Positions 40,687-50,545 of a DNA stretch of 64,000 bases are shown one piece after another. The notes beneath the pieces were generated by a model that had not been told where the DNA came from, made no database searches, and was given only the letters and a program-made list of their open reading frames with translations. Source of the stretch: Ignavibacteria bacterium (lineage in GTDB: Bacteria; Bacteroidota; Ignavibacteria; Kapaibacteriales; Kapaibacteriaceae); assembly GCA_016873895.1 (NCBI GenBank), contig VGVV01000003.1:275747-339746 (forward strand), given 5' to 3'. The number at the start of each line of letters is the position of its first letter. Position 1 is the stretch's first letter. The translations under genes were made by a program, and so were the position numbers.

Positions 40687-40737
40687 GCTTTCATTCCTGA
40701 GAGATGGATTTCATAAAATCGATGCAAGCTAAGCGCA

Positions 40738-42522
40738 CTATGCGTCTCCACGCAGTTTGCGAATTCTTTCACGTGCATCAGGCGCGAGTATCGAACGGGG
40801 GTAATATACGAGCAGCGACTCAAGGTACTGCATAGCTGCTTTGGGATCGTTTTTGTACTCACTCACTTGCGCCAGCATCCAAAGAGCCTGGTCACCATAG
40901 ATAGACTCTGGCATGCGATGAAGAATCGCCAAGAGAAATGGTTCAGCCTTGAGCGTATCATTCATGGCAACGCACGCCTTGGCAGCAAGAAATGATCCAC
41001 GGTCCTTGAGATCCTGATCGCGCAGAACGCTTTCGTTGGAACCTATTTCAGCAGCTGCTGCCTTGTAGCTTCTGCGAGCAAACAGCTCCTCTGCTCTTAT
41101 GATCACGGCAACACCGGCAGAGTCATCTTCTCGAAGTTGCAGCAGCAGCATCCGATCCAATGCATCATTGGCGGCAATAGATCCGGGATTACTCGTGATA
41201 TCAGAGTACATAGTCGCGGCAACATCGATATCGCCAGACCAAAGGGCTAAGTCTGCAAGACGCAACTGCGCTACATCTGCCTTTTCATTGACGCCGCTAC
41301 GCAAGTCTCGTACCAATTGAAGTTGCGTCTTTGCAGCCGAATCCAAACGTTGGGACAGGTAAATATCTGCAAGTCGCATCGCTGCGTCAGGGGTTACAGA
41401 AGCCCCCTTCCAGAAACTCGTCAAACGAAGCAGCCTGCGCTGCGATTCATCTATGTCGTGCAACACATCGTCGAGTATCAATGCAGAATGATATAGTGCA
41501 TCTGCAGCCAATGGATGTTGTCCAAACCGCTGAATGACGTCGTCGTATGATGCAACCACAGAGCGTGCATCATCTACGCTCATGGCGGACGATGCTCGAA
41601 GCTTTTGTTCCAGAGCACGCACTGCTCCGTAGGCAGCGGACGTTTGCAAACGCTGATCCTTCGTCCGTAGCATAACCTTTCTGTATGCCTCAATCGCAAT
41701 ATCGTACTGATCATCTGTACGAGCACCATCAGCATAAGCGAGTATCTCCGAGCCTGGTTGCTTTGAATTGTTATCCAGTTTGATTGCGATGGCAAGTGCC
41801 TTATCCCATGATTTTGTTAGTCTGTAGAACCACAGAGAAAGTCGAAGAATTGCGGGATGTTGCTCAAGACCCACAAGGTGCGCCTCCAGCAGAGGCGCCG
41901 TTCCTTCATTGGCTAGGACAACGCTTAGCTTTCGCACGATAAGAGGCAAGTCAAGCTCGTCTTCATAGTCGCTGAGTATCTCCTGTATTGCCATGTCTTG
42001 CTTGCCCGTAGCAACAAGACAGGTAACTACCTCATCGCTATAGGCAGTGGGGGATCCATTCTGCGCTCTTGCATCCATGTAGGTTTGCAACGCTTCCGTA
42101 AAGAGGAATACCTGCGTCTGCGCTCTACCAAGCGCAACAAGCGTAGATTCTTCATTACCACTGATTTCACGTACCTTTTTCCAGTGACTATCTCTCTCAT
42201 CCGACTTTCCAAGCTTGGCAGCTAAGGTGCCGGCTAGCATATATACCGACACTACGTTCGTGCGCTGGGCATGGCTAACAACGATGGGATAGAGACTTGG
42301 TACTTGGTCAAGCGCTTGTAATGTTCTGACAACGCCATCGAAGTATGCTTCAGTTTGAGGCGAGCCGGCATAGAGCTCTTGATACAGTCTTGCAGCATTG
42401 CGTGTATCACCTGAGCGCTCATACGCCTGAGCCATCCTCAATTGTTCTCGGTCTGCTTGCTGTGCTGTAGCATGCAGAACTGAAACCACAGCAGCGAGAC
42501 AGACAAATACACGTCTTATCAT
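40738..42522 (-). CDS. Exported tetratricopeptide-repeat protein
   Basis: Signal peptide, all-helical TPR-like repeats, terminal LLVYYPRSILAPDARER. Confidence 0.8.
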   Translation of the reverse strand: MIRRVFVCLAAVVSVLHATAQQADREQLRMAQAYERSGDTRNAARLYQELYAGSPQTEAYFDGVVRTLQALDQVPSLYPIVVSHAQRTNVVSVYMLAGTLAAKLGKSDERDSHWKKVREISGNEESTLVALGRAQTQVFLFTEALQTYMDARAQNGSPTAYSDEVVTCLVATGKQDMAIQEILSDYEDELDLPLIVRKLSVVLANEGTAPLLEAHLVGLEQHPAILRLSLWFYRLTKSWDKALAIAIKLDNNSKQPGSEILAYADGARTDDQYDIAIEAYRKVMLRTKDQRLQTSAAYGAVRALEQKLRASSAMSVDDARSVVASYDDVIQRFGQHPLAADALYHSALILDDVLHDIDESQRRLLRLTSFWKGASVTPDAAMRLADIYLSQRLDSAAKTQLQLVRDLRSGVNEKADVAQLRLADLALWSGDIDVAATMYSDITSNPGSIAANDALDRMLLLQLREDDSAGVAVIIRAEELFARRSYKAAAAEIGSNESVLRDQDLKDRGSFLAAKACVAMNDTLKAEPFLLAILHRMPESIYGDQALWMLAQVSEYKNDPKAAMQYLESLLVYYPRSILAPDARERIRKLRGDA

Positions 42523-43724
42523 ACCCGCCAGCCGTCTGAAAGCAGTGGCAGAACATGCTGCTGAATTGGCTCAGTAGGTATCAATGGCTTCCCATCATGA
42601 TCAATAATTATGTCAATCTCTGTCCGTAGCCCAAGCACATCTGGAATGTACACTCCGGGCTCAATGGAAAATGAGGTGCCAGATAGAATCCTGCGAGTAT
42701 CATGTGTTTCAAAATCATCCATGTTCGCTCCTGGGCCATGAACCTCGGTGGTAATGTTATGTCCTGTGCGATGAATAAACGCATCACCCATTCCAGAAGA
42801 TTCGATAACGTCCCTGCAGACCCTGTCTACTTCCCAACCAAAAACCGGCTTGGCGTGTGCACATCGATCACGAATGAGTTCAACCGCAGCGTCGCGTCCT
42901 CTACAAATGATTCCGAAACTCGATTCTACATCATGTGGCACTGTCTGACCAGTATATCCAACCCATGTAATATCTGCGAACACAGCTCCTGGCGAGTTAT
43001 GCTTGCACCATGCATCTATGAGGACCACACAATCATTTGTTATCACATCGGTAGTAAGAAGAGAAGGGGCATAGTGTGGCGATGCAGCATTCGGTCCAAT
43101 GGCAACAATCGGAGCAGAGTTGGTAACAAGATGCTTCCTCGCAAACTCATGAAGAATAAACTGTTGCACCGCGAACTCTGTAACACTGCCTTGATCCTGA
43201 ATGCACTCGGCAATAAATGCGAATGCATCCATAACCGTCTCACGAAGATGACCTGCTGTGAGAATCGCGCCAGCTATCTGTTCCTGTGAGAGCACTGATG
43301 TGAACGACTGAAGCATATCGGCCGACGAGACGACAGACTTGCCCATCGACTGCATTAACTCAACAATCCCTGCATCCACTTTGCTTACAACAGGAATAGC
43401 TCCCATGGGTGAATACTCCATGGCAATCGTTGAGTAGCCCTTCGTAGCATGTTCTAATGCCTCTATCCAAGATTGCCGAGTATGATAAAGAACAGAATCA
43501 ATTTCGATGTGACGCAGAGGATCTTGCTCCATTCGATGAACGACTTTCACCGGACGCCCCTGTGCTGGGACAATCACAGCCCAACGCCGAGTGCAGTGCG
43601 CATCTGGTGGCACATCAAGCATGTGCCAAGCTAGATCGTTGCTACCACGCATGTCATATATCATCCAAGCATCAATGCCTTGTTGGACAAGCTGCTCCTG
43701 AAAGGCGACCGTTGGGAATCTCAT
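42519..43724 (-). CDS. M24 Xaa-Pro peptidase
   Basis: PHY, IDAW, ADITW, HRTGH, SIEPGVY, RTE. Confidence 0.9.
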   Translation of the reverse strand: MRFPTVAFQEQLVQQGIDAWMIYDMRGSNDLAWHMLDVPPDAHCTRRWAVIVPAQGRPVKVVHRMEQDPLRHIEIDSVLYHTRQSWIEALEHATKGYSTIAMEYSPMGAIPVVSKVDAGIVELMQSMGKSVVSSADMLQSFTSVLSQEQIAGAILTAGHLRETVMDAFAFIAECIQDQGSVTEFAVQQFILHEFARKHLVTNSAPIVAIGPNAASPHYAPSLLTTDVITNDCVVLIDAWCKHNSPGAVFADITWVGYTGQTVPHDVESSFGIICRGRDAAVELIRDRCAHAKPVFGWEVDRVCRDVIESSGMGDAFIHRTGHNITTEVHGPGANMDDFETHDTRRILSGTSFSIEPGVYIPDVLGLRTEIDIIIDHDGKPLIPTEPIQQHVLPLLSDGWRV

Positions 43725-44704
43725 GTCTGCTCCGTGATGGAAAGTTGTAAATGGGAAAGCAGACGATGAACAGCTACAGTTGGTGGAAGGGTACCAATAA
43801 TGGCCTTGGACCTCAAATCCGCGAGCAATGTCGTAGCACGTGCCTGTGAAACAAGCATATCGAAAAGTTCATGGTGCAAGGCCATATCAAACCACTGTTG
43901 TCGTTGTTCCGAGCGAATACTTTCGCGCAGCTTTGACCGCGATTCGTCAAAGAAACTCCGCACCAATTTTGCAGTCTCTTCAAGCCCGTACTGCTTTATC
44001 ACACTTACCGCTTGAATCCTAACACTCCACTGCTCAGTGGGGGGAAGCATGAATTGCATGGCGCTACGCAGTATGGCTTGTGCGCGATTGCTCGCCCCTT
44101 CATCCAAATCCGATTTTGTTACGAGAATCGCATGAGCCATTTCCATAATACCGCGCTTGATGCCCTGAACTTCATCACCTGCCGTAGGTAGAGCAAGCAG
44201 CAGGAACATGTCAACCATAGATGCTACTTCGATCTCGCTTTGTCCCACACCCACTGTCTCAATGAGAATGGTATCGTAGCTGGCTTCTTCACACAGAATG
44301 ATTGCGTCTCGTGTAGTTGGTGTTATGCCGCCAAGGCAGGCTCTGGATGGGGAGGGACGCACAAAAGCTCGGTCTTCTAGCGATAGCTGCGGCATTCGCA
44401 CCTTATCGCCAAGTATGCTTCCACCTGTCTTTGTGCTCGACGGATCGACGGCGAGCACTGCAACGGTGCGACCCTGGCGCAATAGAATCTGTCCAAACTC
44501 TTCGAGAAACGAACTCTTTCCAACTCCTGGTGGACCAGTTACGCCAATGCGCCAGGTGTTTCCATGAGGCTTACAAAGCGCCAGCAGCTCATATGCTAAT
44601 TCCCGGTCCTGCGCCGTTGTACTCTCGAGCACAGATAAACATTTCGACAGGGCTCTGCGAGAGCCTGCACGAAGATCAGCAAGGAGTTTTTCAGCCGAAG
44701 ACAT
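43721..44704 (-). CDS. meaB: Methylmalonyl-CoA mutase-associated GTPase MeaB
   Basis: GPPGVGKS, VDPSS..TGGSILGDK.RM, ETVGVGQSE, GDEVQGIKRG. Confidence 0.93.
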   Translation of the reverse strand: MSSAEKLLADLRAGSRRALSKCLSVLESTTAQDRELAYELLALCKPHGNTWRIGVTGPPGVGKSSFLEEFGQILLRQGRTVAVLAVDPSSTKTGGSILGDKVRMPQLSLEDRAFVRPSPSRACLGGITPTTRDAIILCEEASYDTILIETVGVGQSEIEVASMVDMFLLLALPTAGDEVQGIKRGIMEMAHAILVTKSDLDEGASNRAQAILRSAMQFMLPPTEQWSVRIQAVSVIKQYGLEETAKLVRSFFDESRSKLRESIRSEQRQQWFDMALHHELFDMLVSQARATTLLADLRSKAIIGTLPPTVAVHRLLSHLQLSITEQT

Positions 44705-44726
44705 AGGTTGAGGGACTTACAAACTG

Positions 44727-44782
44727 GATTACTGATGACTGGTTACAGATTACTGGTTACGAGGTACGAGGTACAAGGTACT
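44727..44782. repeat. Intergenic heptamer tandem array (8 degenerate units)
   Basis: GATTACT GATGACT GGTTACA GATTACT GGTTACG AGGTACG AGGTACA AGGTACT, between glmS and meaB. Confidence 0.85.
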
Positions 44783-44813
44783 GGAGAATCGATGAGAATC
44801 ACTGCATTGCATG

Positions 44814-46646
44814 CTATTCTACAGTTACGCTCTTTGCCAAGTTGCGCGGCATATCAACATTACAGCCACGTTCCAACGCTATGTAATAGGCCAACAATTG
44901 CAGCGGAATAGAAGCCAGGATAGGTGTAAGCATTGGAATTGTTCGTGGAACACGAATAACGTGATTAGCAACACGAGCAATATGCTCATCATCATCATCG
45001 GCGATTGCAATCACACGTCCGTTGCGGGCGCGTACTTCTTCGATGTTTGATACAATCTTGTCGTAAATCTCATCTTTCGGTGCGATGAAAACTACCGGCA
45101 TGTTTTCATCAATAAGCGCTATCGGACCGTGTTTCATCTCAGCAGCCGGATAACCTTCGGCGTGGATATACGAGATTTCCTTGAGCTTCAAAGCACCTTC
45201 GAGAGCAGCAGGGAAGTTATAGCCACGGCCAAGGTACAGGAAGTTGCTCGCCTGCGCGTATTCATGTGCAATCTTTTTGATCGGCTCGGCGTTATCGAGA
45301 ATACGTGTAATCTGTTCTGGAATCTGTTCGAGAGCGTCCGCAAGATCTTTACCTTGCTGTGCTGAAACAGCCTTCATGCGCCCGAGAAACAAAGCAAACT
45401 GGGTAAGAACACATAGCTGGGATGTAAATGCCTTTGTCGAGGCAACACCAATTTCTGGTCCAGCGTGCAGATACACGCCCGCATCTGTTTCGCGTGCAAT
45501 TGTGCTACCGACAACATTGACCATACCAATGACAGTAGCCCCTTTGAGCTTTGCCTCGCGTATGGCTGCCAGCGTATCTGCTGTTTCACCACTTTGTGAG
45601 ATTGCAATAACGACATCATCATGATGAATGATCGGGTTTCGGTAACGAAACTCACTTGCGTACTCAACCTCTACAGGCACCCGTGCAAGCTGCTCAATCA
45701 AATACTCGCCAACCAGTGCAGCATGCCACGAAGTGCCGCAAGCTGTTATAATGATTCGCTTAGCCTGGCGGAGTTGATCAACGACTGGCCCTAACCCACC
45801 GAGACGTACCGAACCTTCCTCGATGTTCAATCGGCCTCGAAATCCATCACGAAACGTTATCGGCTGTTCGTAGATCTCCTTCAGCATGAAGTGATCAAAC
45901 CCACCGCGCTCTATTTGTTCAAGTTCAAAGGCAATCTCTTCAACTACACTGCGGGTGTCGACATTCTCAATCGTCTTTGTTGAGAATCCATCACGCGTGA
46001 GAATTGCCATTTCGTTCTCTTGGAGATAGACAACCTGACGCGTGTGTGAGATAACTGCAGATGCATCTGAAGCAACGAGGTACTCGCCATTCCCAATTCC
46101 AAGAATGAGGGGGCTACCGCGGCGAGCTGCGATAATCATGTCTGGCTCGTGCACACTCACGACAACGATCCCGAACGTACCTTCTACTTCAGTCAAAGCG
46201 GTGCGTACAGCAAGCTCGAGATCTCCGAGAGTCTTGTAAAGCATGCCTATGAAGACCGCTAAAACCTCTGAATCCGTATCCGAGCGAAAACTGTATCCGG
46301 CGCTTTCGAGCTTCTTCTTGATGGTGAGATAATTCTCAATGATGCCGTTGTGAACAAGAGCAATGCCGCCATCCTGATCTGTGTGCGGATGAGCATTTGC
46401 ATCGTTCGGCACACCGTGCGTTGCCCATCGCGTGTGGCCAACGCCAACACTACCGTGAATGGAAGCAATATCAACGATATTCTCGAGGTCCTTGACGCGT
46501 CCAGCTCGTTTTTCGATGCGCATGGCATCGTCGGAGAGTACGCATACTCCTGTAGAGTCGTATCCGCGATATTCAAGACGCTTGAGGCCGCTAACGATTA
46601 GTGGCGCTGCTTGTTGGGTTCCGATGTATCCGACGATTCCACACAT
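44814..46646 (-). CDS. glmS: Glutamine--fructose-6-phosphate transaminase
   Basis: MCGIVG, GHTRWATHG, SQSGETADT, PRNLAKSVTVE. Confidence 0.97.
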   Translation of the reverse strand: MCGIVGYIGTQQAAPLIVSGLKRLEYRGYDSTGVCVLSDDAMRIEKRAGRVKDLENIVDIASIHGSVGVGHTRWATHGVPNDANAHPHTDQDGGIALVHNGIIENYLTIKKKLESAGYSFRSDTDSEVLAVFIGMLYKTLGDLELAVRTALTEVEGTFGIVVVSVHEPDMIIAARRGSPLILGIGNGEYLVASDASAVISHTRQVVYLQENEMAILTRDGFSTKTIENVDTRSVVEEIAFELEQIERGGFDHFMLKEIYEQPITFRDGFRGRLNIEEGSVRLGGLGPVVDQLRQAKRIIITACGTSWHAALVGEYLIEQLARVPVEVEYASEFRYRNPIIHHDDVVIAISQSGETADTLAAIREAKLKGATVIGMVNVVGSTIARETDAGVYLHAGPEIGVASTKAFTSQLCVLTQFALFLGRMKAVSAQQGKDLADALEQIPEQITRILDNAEPIKKIAHEYAQASNFLYLGRGYNFPAALEGALKLKEISYIHAEGYPAAEMKHGPIALIDENMPVVFIAPKDEIYDKIVSNIEEVRARNGRVIAIADDDDEHIARVANHVIRVPRTIPMLTPILASIPLQLLAYYIALERGCNVDMPRNLAKSVTVE

Positions 46647-46670
46647 AGGCTACGAAAATACGCAGTATCA

Positions 46671-49193
46671 CTACCGATATAATGGGGTAGACTGCTTAGG
46701 GATGACCAAATCACGAAGTTGTTGTGCATTTGCACCAAACCTGAGAAAGAAACCTCGATTGAATCCAGTTGGCACCCAATTGAGCGAGAGGTACCAGCAA
46801 TGGATCTGCTTTTGAATGTCAATGATTGGGTTGATCATTTCCTGATTCATCACGTCATAGCTGCCCGTAAGACTCATTCGCATCGTCGAGGTAAGTGCTA
46901 CCGATCCACGGAATGTGACATACAATGACTGACTAACGAGATCTGGATTGGGTTGTTGCAAGCTGTACAGAACGTTTGCTGACAAGTTCCATGGCATATC
47001 GAAATCGGACCATCCCGGGGTATTGTCGCCAAATATATCGTGCTGTCTAGCAGACGTATTAAGGCGCTCGCCAAAGCGTTCTTCAAGCTCCTTCATCGAG
47101 CTTCGCGCTGAGTCGCCTGGTGGCGCGGTCGTTGACGCACTAGAGCTACTACCCGAGAATCGGGTTCCAAACTGTACGTTGATGTTCGTCAGTCGTGCAA
47201 GCCCCTTGCCAGCAGATAGCATGCTGTTGTCAACATCGCGCCATTGCGCGAGACCTGTAGCTGGGTCGATGGCTCGAACCTGGTCGTATGTTGAAAAAAC
47301 TCCATTCACATTGAAGTCGAACTCGTCCAATGCAGGTGTGCGGAGGTTAAATGAGATCGGACTCAGGCGTAGCGAATCAGCTGCTAAATTGTACGAGGTG
47401 GATGCTGTAAGCGTAAATAAATCAATGGGCTTATCTAGGCTGTCGCCTCGATTCACCTTGATTGCTACGCGATTGAGAAATGAGCCTGTGATAAGCGCTT
47501 GTGTTCGTTGCGAGGCAAGTTGACCACCTGGGCCAAATCGGCCATACTGGACTTGCTGTCCTGTGATGGGGCTGATATATCGCCCATAAAAACCCAACGT
47601 AGGATCTGATTGGTCAGGAATGTATTGAAATCCAATCGCAGGCTGAAACGTATGTCGTATGGCTTTCCACCCCAGAATATCTGGCTTTGCCATACCATAG
47701 AGAAATGTGCTAGCAGTTACACCCACACCATACGTGTACTCACGAAAGAATCCAGTCTCTTTCGACGTCACAAGTATTGAGTCGGCTGGGTTAACAGACT
47801 GCGAAAACCTCTGGAAATACCAATTCTCTGAAAACGATAACGACGGCGATACCTGGACGTTGCCCAATCGAGGTGTTACCAGCAGCGTTGGCCTATGCTC
47901 GATTGCAGAAGACTCCGTGATTGTAAATGCTCCCGTATCGGCTGATCGGAACGTTGAGTGATTGTAACGTCCTGTTGCACGATACGAGAATTGAATATCA
48001 CTGATCCATGATCCCGGCTCTGCAATTCCTTTGAATGGTTGCAACTGCGGTATAGCAAAATTGATGGATGGGCTCTGCGAGACTGCGCCCGTTAGCATGT
48101 TTTGATCACGCGTGTAACCTGTATTGAGCGTCATGCCATTGTAGAATGTACGCTGATAGGAAATGTTACTTCGCGCATTTTGACGCAGCCGGTCGGTAGG
48201 GTTGAAGGATGTATTTTGAAACAGTTTCTGCGTTGTGTATAAAACATCCGCAACAACAGACTCCCCCGGGCGCAACTGCTGTGCGTGGGCTGCTTGTACA
48301 CCGATATTCATGGCAAACGGATCGAGAACATTAAACCGTGTGTATCCAAAGCGCAACTCGGCATTACCACGCAGATTTGATCCAACCACGTATTGGCCTC
48401 GACCATAGAGCGTAAAGCCACCTTTCGAGGTTACATCTGCTGTTACCTCTGCATCCATGTAATCGTCTATGGCAAAGTAATACCCAAGATTCTGTAGGAC
48501 CACACCTCGGTCGCTTGTTACAAGAGGGGAGGGCATGATCAGACCCGATCTGCGTCCACGTTCCAGGGAGAAAAACACACCAAAGGGCAGTGCGAACACC
48601 GGCACGTCGTCTACGTACATAAGGAGAGGATCAAGAAATATCTTGTCATCTGATACAACTTTCATCCTAGGCGACGTGAAGTAAAAATGAGGATGTGGCG
48701 CATCACAGGTGGTAAAACAACCATCTTCAATGTAGGCCGTGCGTTCATCAATGCGCTTTATAGCAGAGCCGTAGTAATAGCCACCTTCTACATTCGTTTC
48801 TCCGTACTCTACTCGCCCCTTGCCAGTGACAAAGTTGTACTCCATCAATTTACCAGCGTATTCCTCCCCATTGTCTTTGAGAACAGGAAATCCGACGAGG
48901 CGTCCGGACTTATCCTGCATACCCGACGCCTTCATGGTACTGTTGTCGAAGTTCAGAATGATTTCCTCTGCGGCAATCTGTTGACTCTTAAACGAAACGT
49001 TTGAGGCACCTCGTAACCGCAGGAATCGCCGAGCAGACCGAAAATGAGCCGTATCCTTTGCGTTAAATGTTACGATTGTGTCAACCGTTCCAGACTCTGA
49101 ACGGTCAGCAATCTTCACACTGTCTGCTAGGCTAGCAGACAAGACGTCAACAGGAGCCACCGCAAGCAGGCAAAACAGCAAGAGCTGATGCAA
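46671..49193 (-). CDS. lptD: Putative LPS-assembly protein LptD (FCB type)
   Basis: Signal peptide, FTTCD..HPHFY, RSGLIMP, beta-barrel, terminal IHCW and LRDL. Confidence 0.85.
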   Translation of the reverse strand: MHQLLLFCLLAVAPVDVLSASLADSVKIADRSESGTVDTIVTFNAKDTAHFRSARRFLRLRGASNVSFKSQQIAAEEIILNFDNSTMKASGMQDKSGRLVGFPVLKDNGEEYAGKLMEYNFVTGKGRVEYGETNVEGGYYYGSAIKRIDERTAYIEDGCFTTCDAPHPHFYFTSPRMKVVSDDKIFLDPLLMYVDDVPVFALPFGVFFSLERGRRSGLIMPSPLVTSDRGVVLQNLGYYFAIDDYMDAEVTADVTSKGGFTLYGRGQYVVGSNLRGNAELRFGYTRFNVLDPFAMNIGVQAAHAQQLRPGESVVADVLYTTQKLFQNTSFNPTDRLRQNARSNISYQRTFYNGMTLNTGYTRDQNMLTGAVSQSPSINFAIPQLQPFKGIAEPGSWISDIQFSYRATGRYNHSTFRSADTGAFTITESSAIEHRPTLLVTPRLGNVQVSPSLSFSENWYFQRFSQSVNPADSILVTSKETGFFREYTYGVGVTASTFLYGMAKPDILGWKAIRHTFQPAIGFQYIPDQSDPTLGFYGRYISPITGQQVQYGRFGPGGQLASQRTQALITGSFLNRVAIKVNRGDSLDKPIDLFTLTASTSYNLAADSLRLSPISFNLRTPALDEFDFNVNGVFSTYDQVRAIDPATGLAQWRDVDNSMLSAGKGLARLTNINVQFGTRFSGSSSSASTTAPPGDSARSSMKELEERFGERLNTSARQHDIFGDNTPGWSDFDMPWNLSANVLYSLQQPNPDLVSQSLYVTFRGSVALTSTMRMSLTGSYDVMNQEMINPIIDIQKQIHCWYLSLNWVPTGFNRGFFLRFGANAQQLRDLVIPKQSTPLYR

Positions 49194-49207
49194 CTGACCT
49201 ATCGTAG

Positions 49208-49981
49208 TTATCTGAGCGATGTTCGTGTGAATGACCGTGGCACTTGTAGCTTCGAAGAAGCATTTTTCGGAAGTACTGTTGTTACCTCATCGTATTCCAG
49301 CTTTACGTCATGTTCACCATCGTTCACACGAATGCGTATTACATGAGGAACATTCGCGTTACCATCAATTGGCTTGATATCACCGTACTGAACATTCAAT
49401 ATTGGTGATCCGTCAGCCCGTTTTCGTTGAAACTGACGGATTACTCGTTGTATGCTATCGATAAGTGCGTACTCAACCATGCTGGTATCCTTACGCATGT
49501 AAAGCGAGGCTCCGTCATCTCGTTTAGACTCAATTGTGTAATCCTTCGGCATCCCTGGCGGCATGCAGCGAACGATCGACAGAATATCATTAAGTCCGAT
49601 TGGAATTGGCAATAGATCGTTTACTCGAGCAGAACGAGGATCGCCATCAAAAGCCGTTTGTTGCAAGTAGTTAACAACGAGAAAAGAATCTGGTTGAGCA
49701 TACACGCGGGCAACCACGATTCCAATTGGCCCCATAGCGGTGAATACTACCGTATCTGTGCGCACCACGGCCGTAAACGAGACGCTTTGATCGAATCCAG
49801 TCGAGGGCGTCTGGACGTTCATGGTACCCTCGATGTACATATGCGCTGGACGTGCCACGGGCCAAACAGCCTCGACTGCGCCTGTGCCAGCCGAGACTTT
49901 CATAGCCATCAATAGCAAGCCGACAATGATCGTCGAGAGCGCTGAAAACAGCTTAATACTTGTATGTTGCTTTTTCTTCAC
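49208..49981 (-). CDS. DUF4292-like (LolA/LolB-fold) periplasmic protein
   Basis: GPIGIVVARVYAQPDSFLVVN and terminal LQVPRSF resemble DUF4292; start placed at the GTG at 49981 because the longer ORF overlaps the divergent PTPS gene. Confidence 0.6.
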   Translation of the reverse strand: MKKKQHTSIKLFSALSTIIVGLLLMAMKVSAGTGAVEAVWPVARPAHMYIEGTMNVQTPSTGFDQSVSFTAVVRTDTVVFTAMGPIGIVVARVYAQPDSFLVVNYLQQTAFDGDPRSARVNDLLPIPIGLNDILSIVRCMPPGMPKDYTIESKRDDGASLYMRKDTSMVEYALIDSIQRVIRQFQRKRADGSPILNVQYGDIKPIDGNANVPHVIRIRVNDGEHDVKLEYDEVTTVLPKNASSKLQVPRSFTRTSLR

Positions 49982-50080
49982 CTGCAAATATCCAACATCC
50001 AGGGCGTAGTATCGTCCTCCAGGAACCCTCATGGGACCTAGTTTGTTAACACCATCTGCACCACTAACGGCAAACACATC

Positions 50081-50545
50081 ATGATCTTCGTAACGCGTAA
50101 GACGCACTTTTCGGCCGCACACAGGCTCTACAACCCCACATTTTCAGACGATCGCAACGAAGCCGTATTTGACAAATGCAACAATTTTTGGGGTCATGGC
50201 CACAACTACGTAGTAGAGGTTACCGTTAAGGGGCTTCCTGATCCTGAAACGGGCTACGTCATTGATCTCAAGAAGCTCAAGGCTTTGCTCGAGGAGGTCA
50301 TACTCGATAAAGTCGACCACAAACACCTCAACTTTGACGTCGATTTCCTCCGTGGCATCATCCCAACAGTCGAAAACTTGTGTGTCGTTTTTTGGCAACA
50401 GCTGGAAAACCGCTTGCCGAGTGGTGAGCTCCACTGCATACGCGTGTTTGAGTCTGAACACAATTTTGCCGATTACTTCGGCGCGCCCGTCTCCGTGCCG
50501 CGATACCCGTCTACTCATGCATACAACCTTCACGAGGCCGTATGA
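50081..50545 (+). CDS. 6-pyruvoyl-tetrahydropterin / 6-carboxytetrahydropterin synthase (PTPS/QueD family, CX5HGH type)
   Basis: FSAAHRL, KCNNFWGHGHNY, DHKHLN, PTVEN. Confidence 0.9.
   Translation: MIFVTRKTHFSAAHRLYNPTFSDDRNEAVFDKCNNFWGHGHNYVVEVTVKGLPDPETGYVIDLKKLKALLEEVILDKVDHKHLNFDVDFLRGIIPTVENLCVVFWQQLENRLPSGELHCIRVFESEHNFADYFGAPVSVPRYPSTHAYNLHEAV

Noticed and set aside
42702-43289. Long antisense ORFs (also 743-1345, 14050-14574, 12123-12617 and others)
   Set aside because: They lie opposite clearly conserved genes and show no recognisable motifs; shadow ORFs
46647-46670. glmS ribozyme
   Set aside because: Only 24 nt separate lptD and glmS; there is no room for the ribozyme
49982-50122. 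5' extension of the 304-aa ORF
   Set aside because: It overlaps the divergent PTPS gene and precedes the signal-like segment
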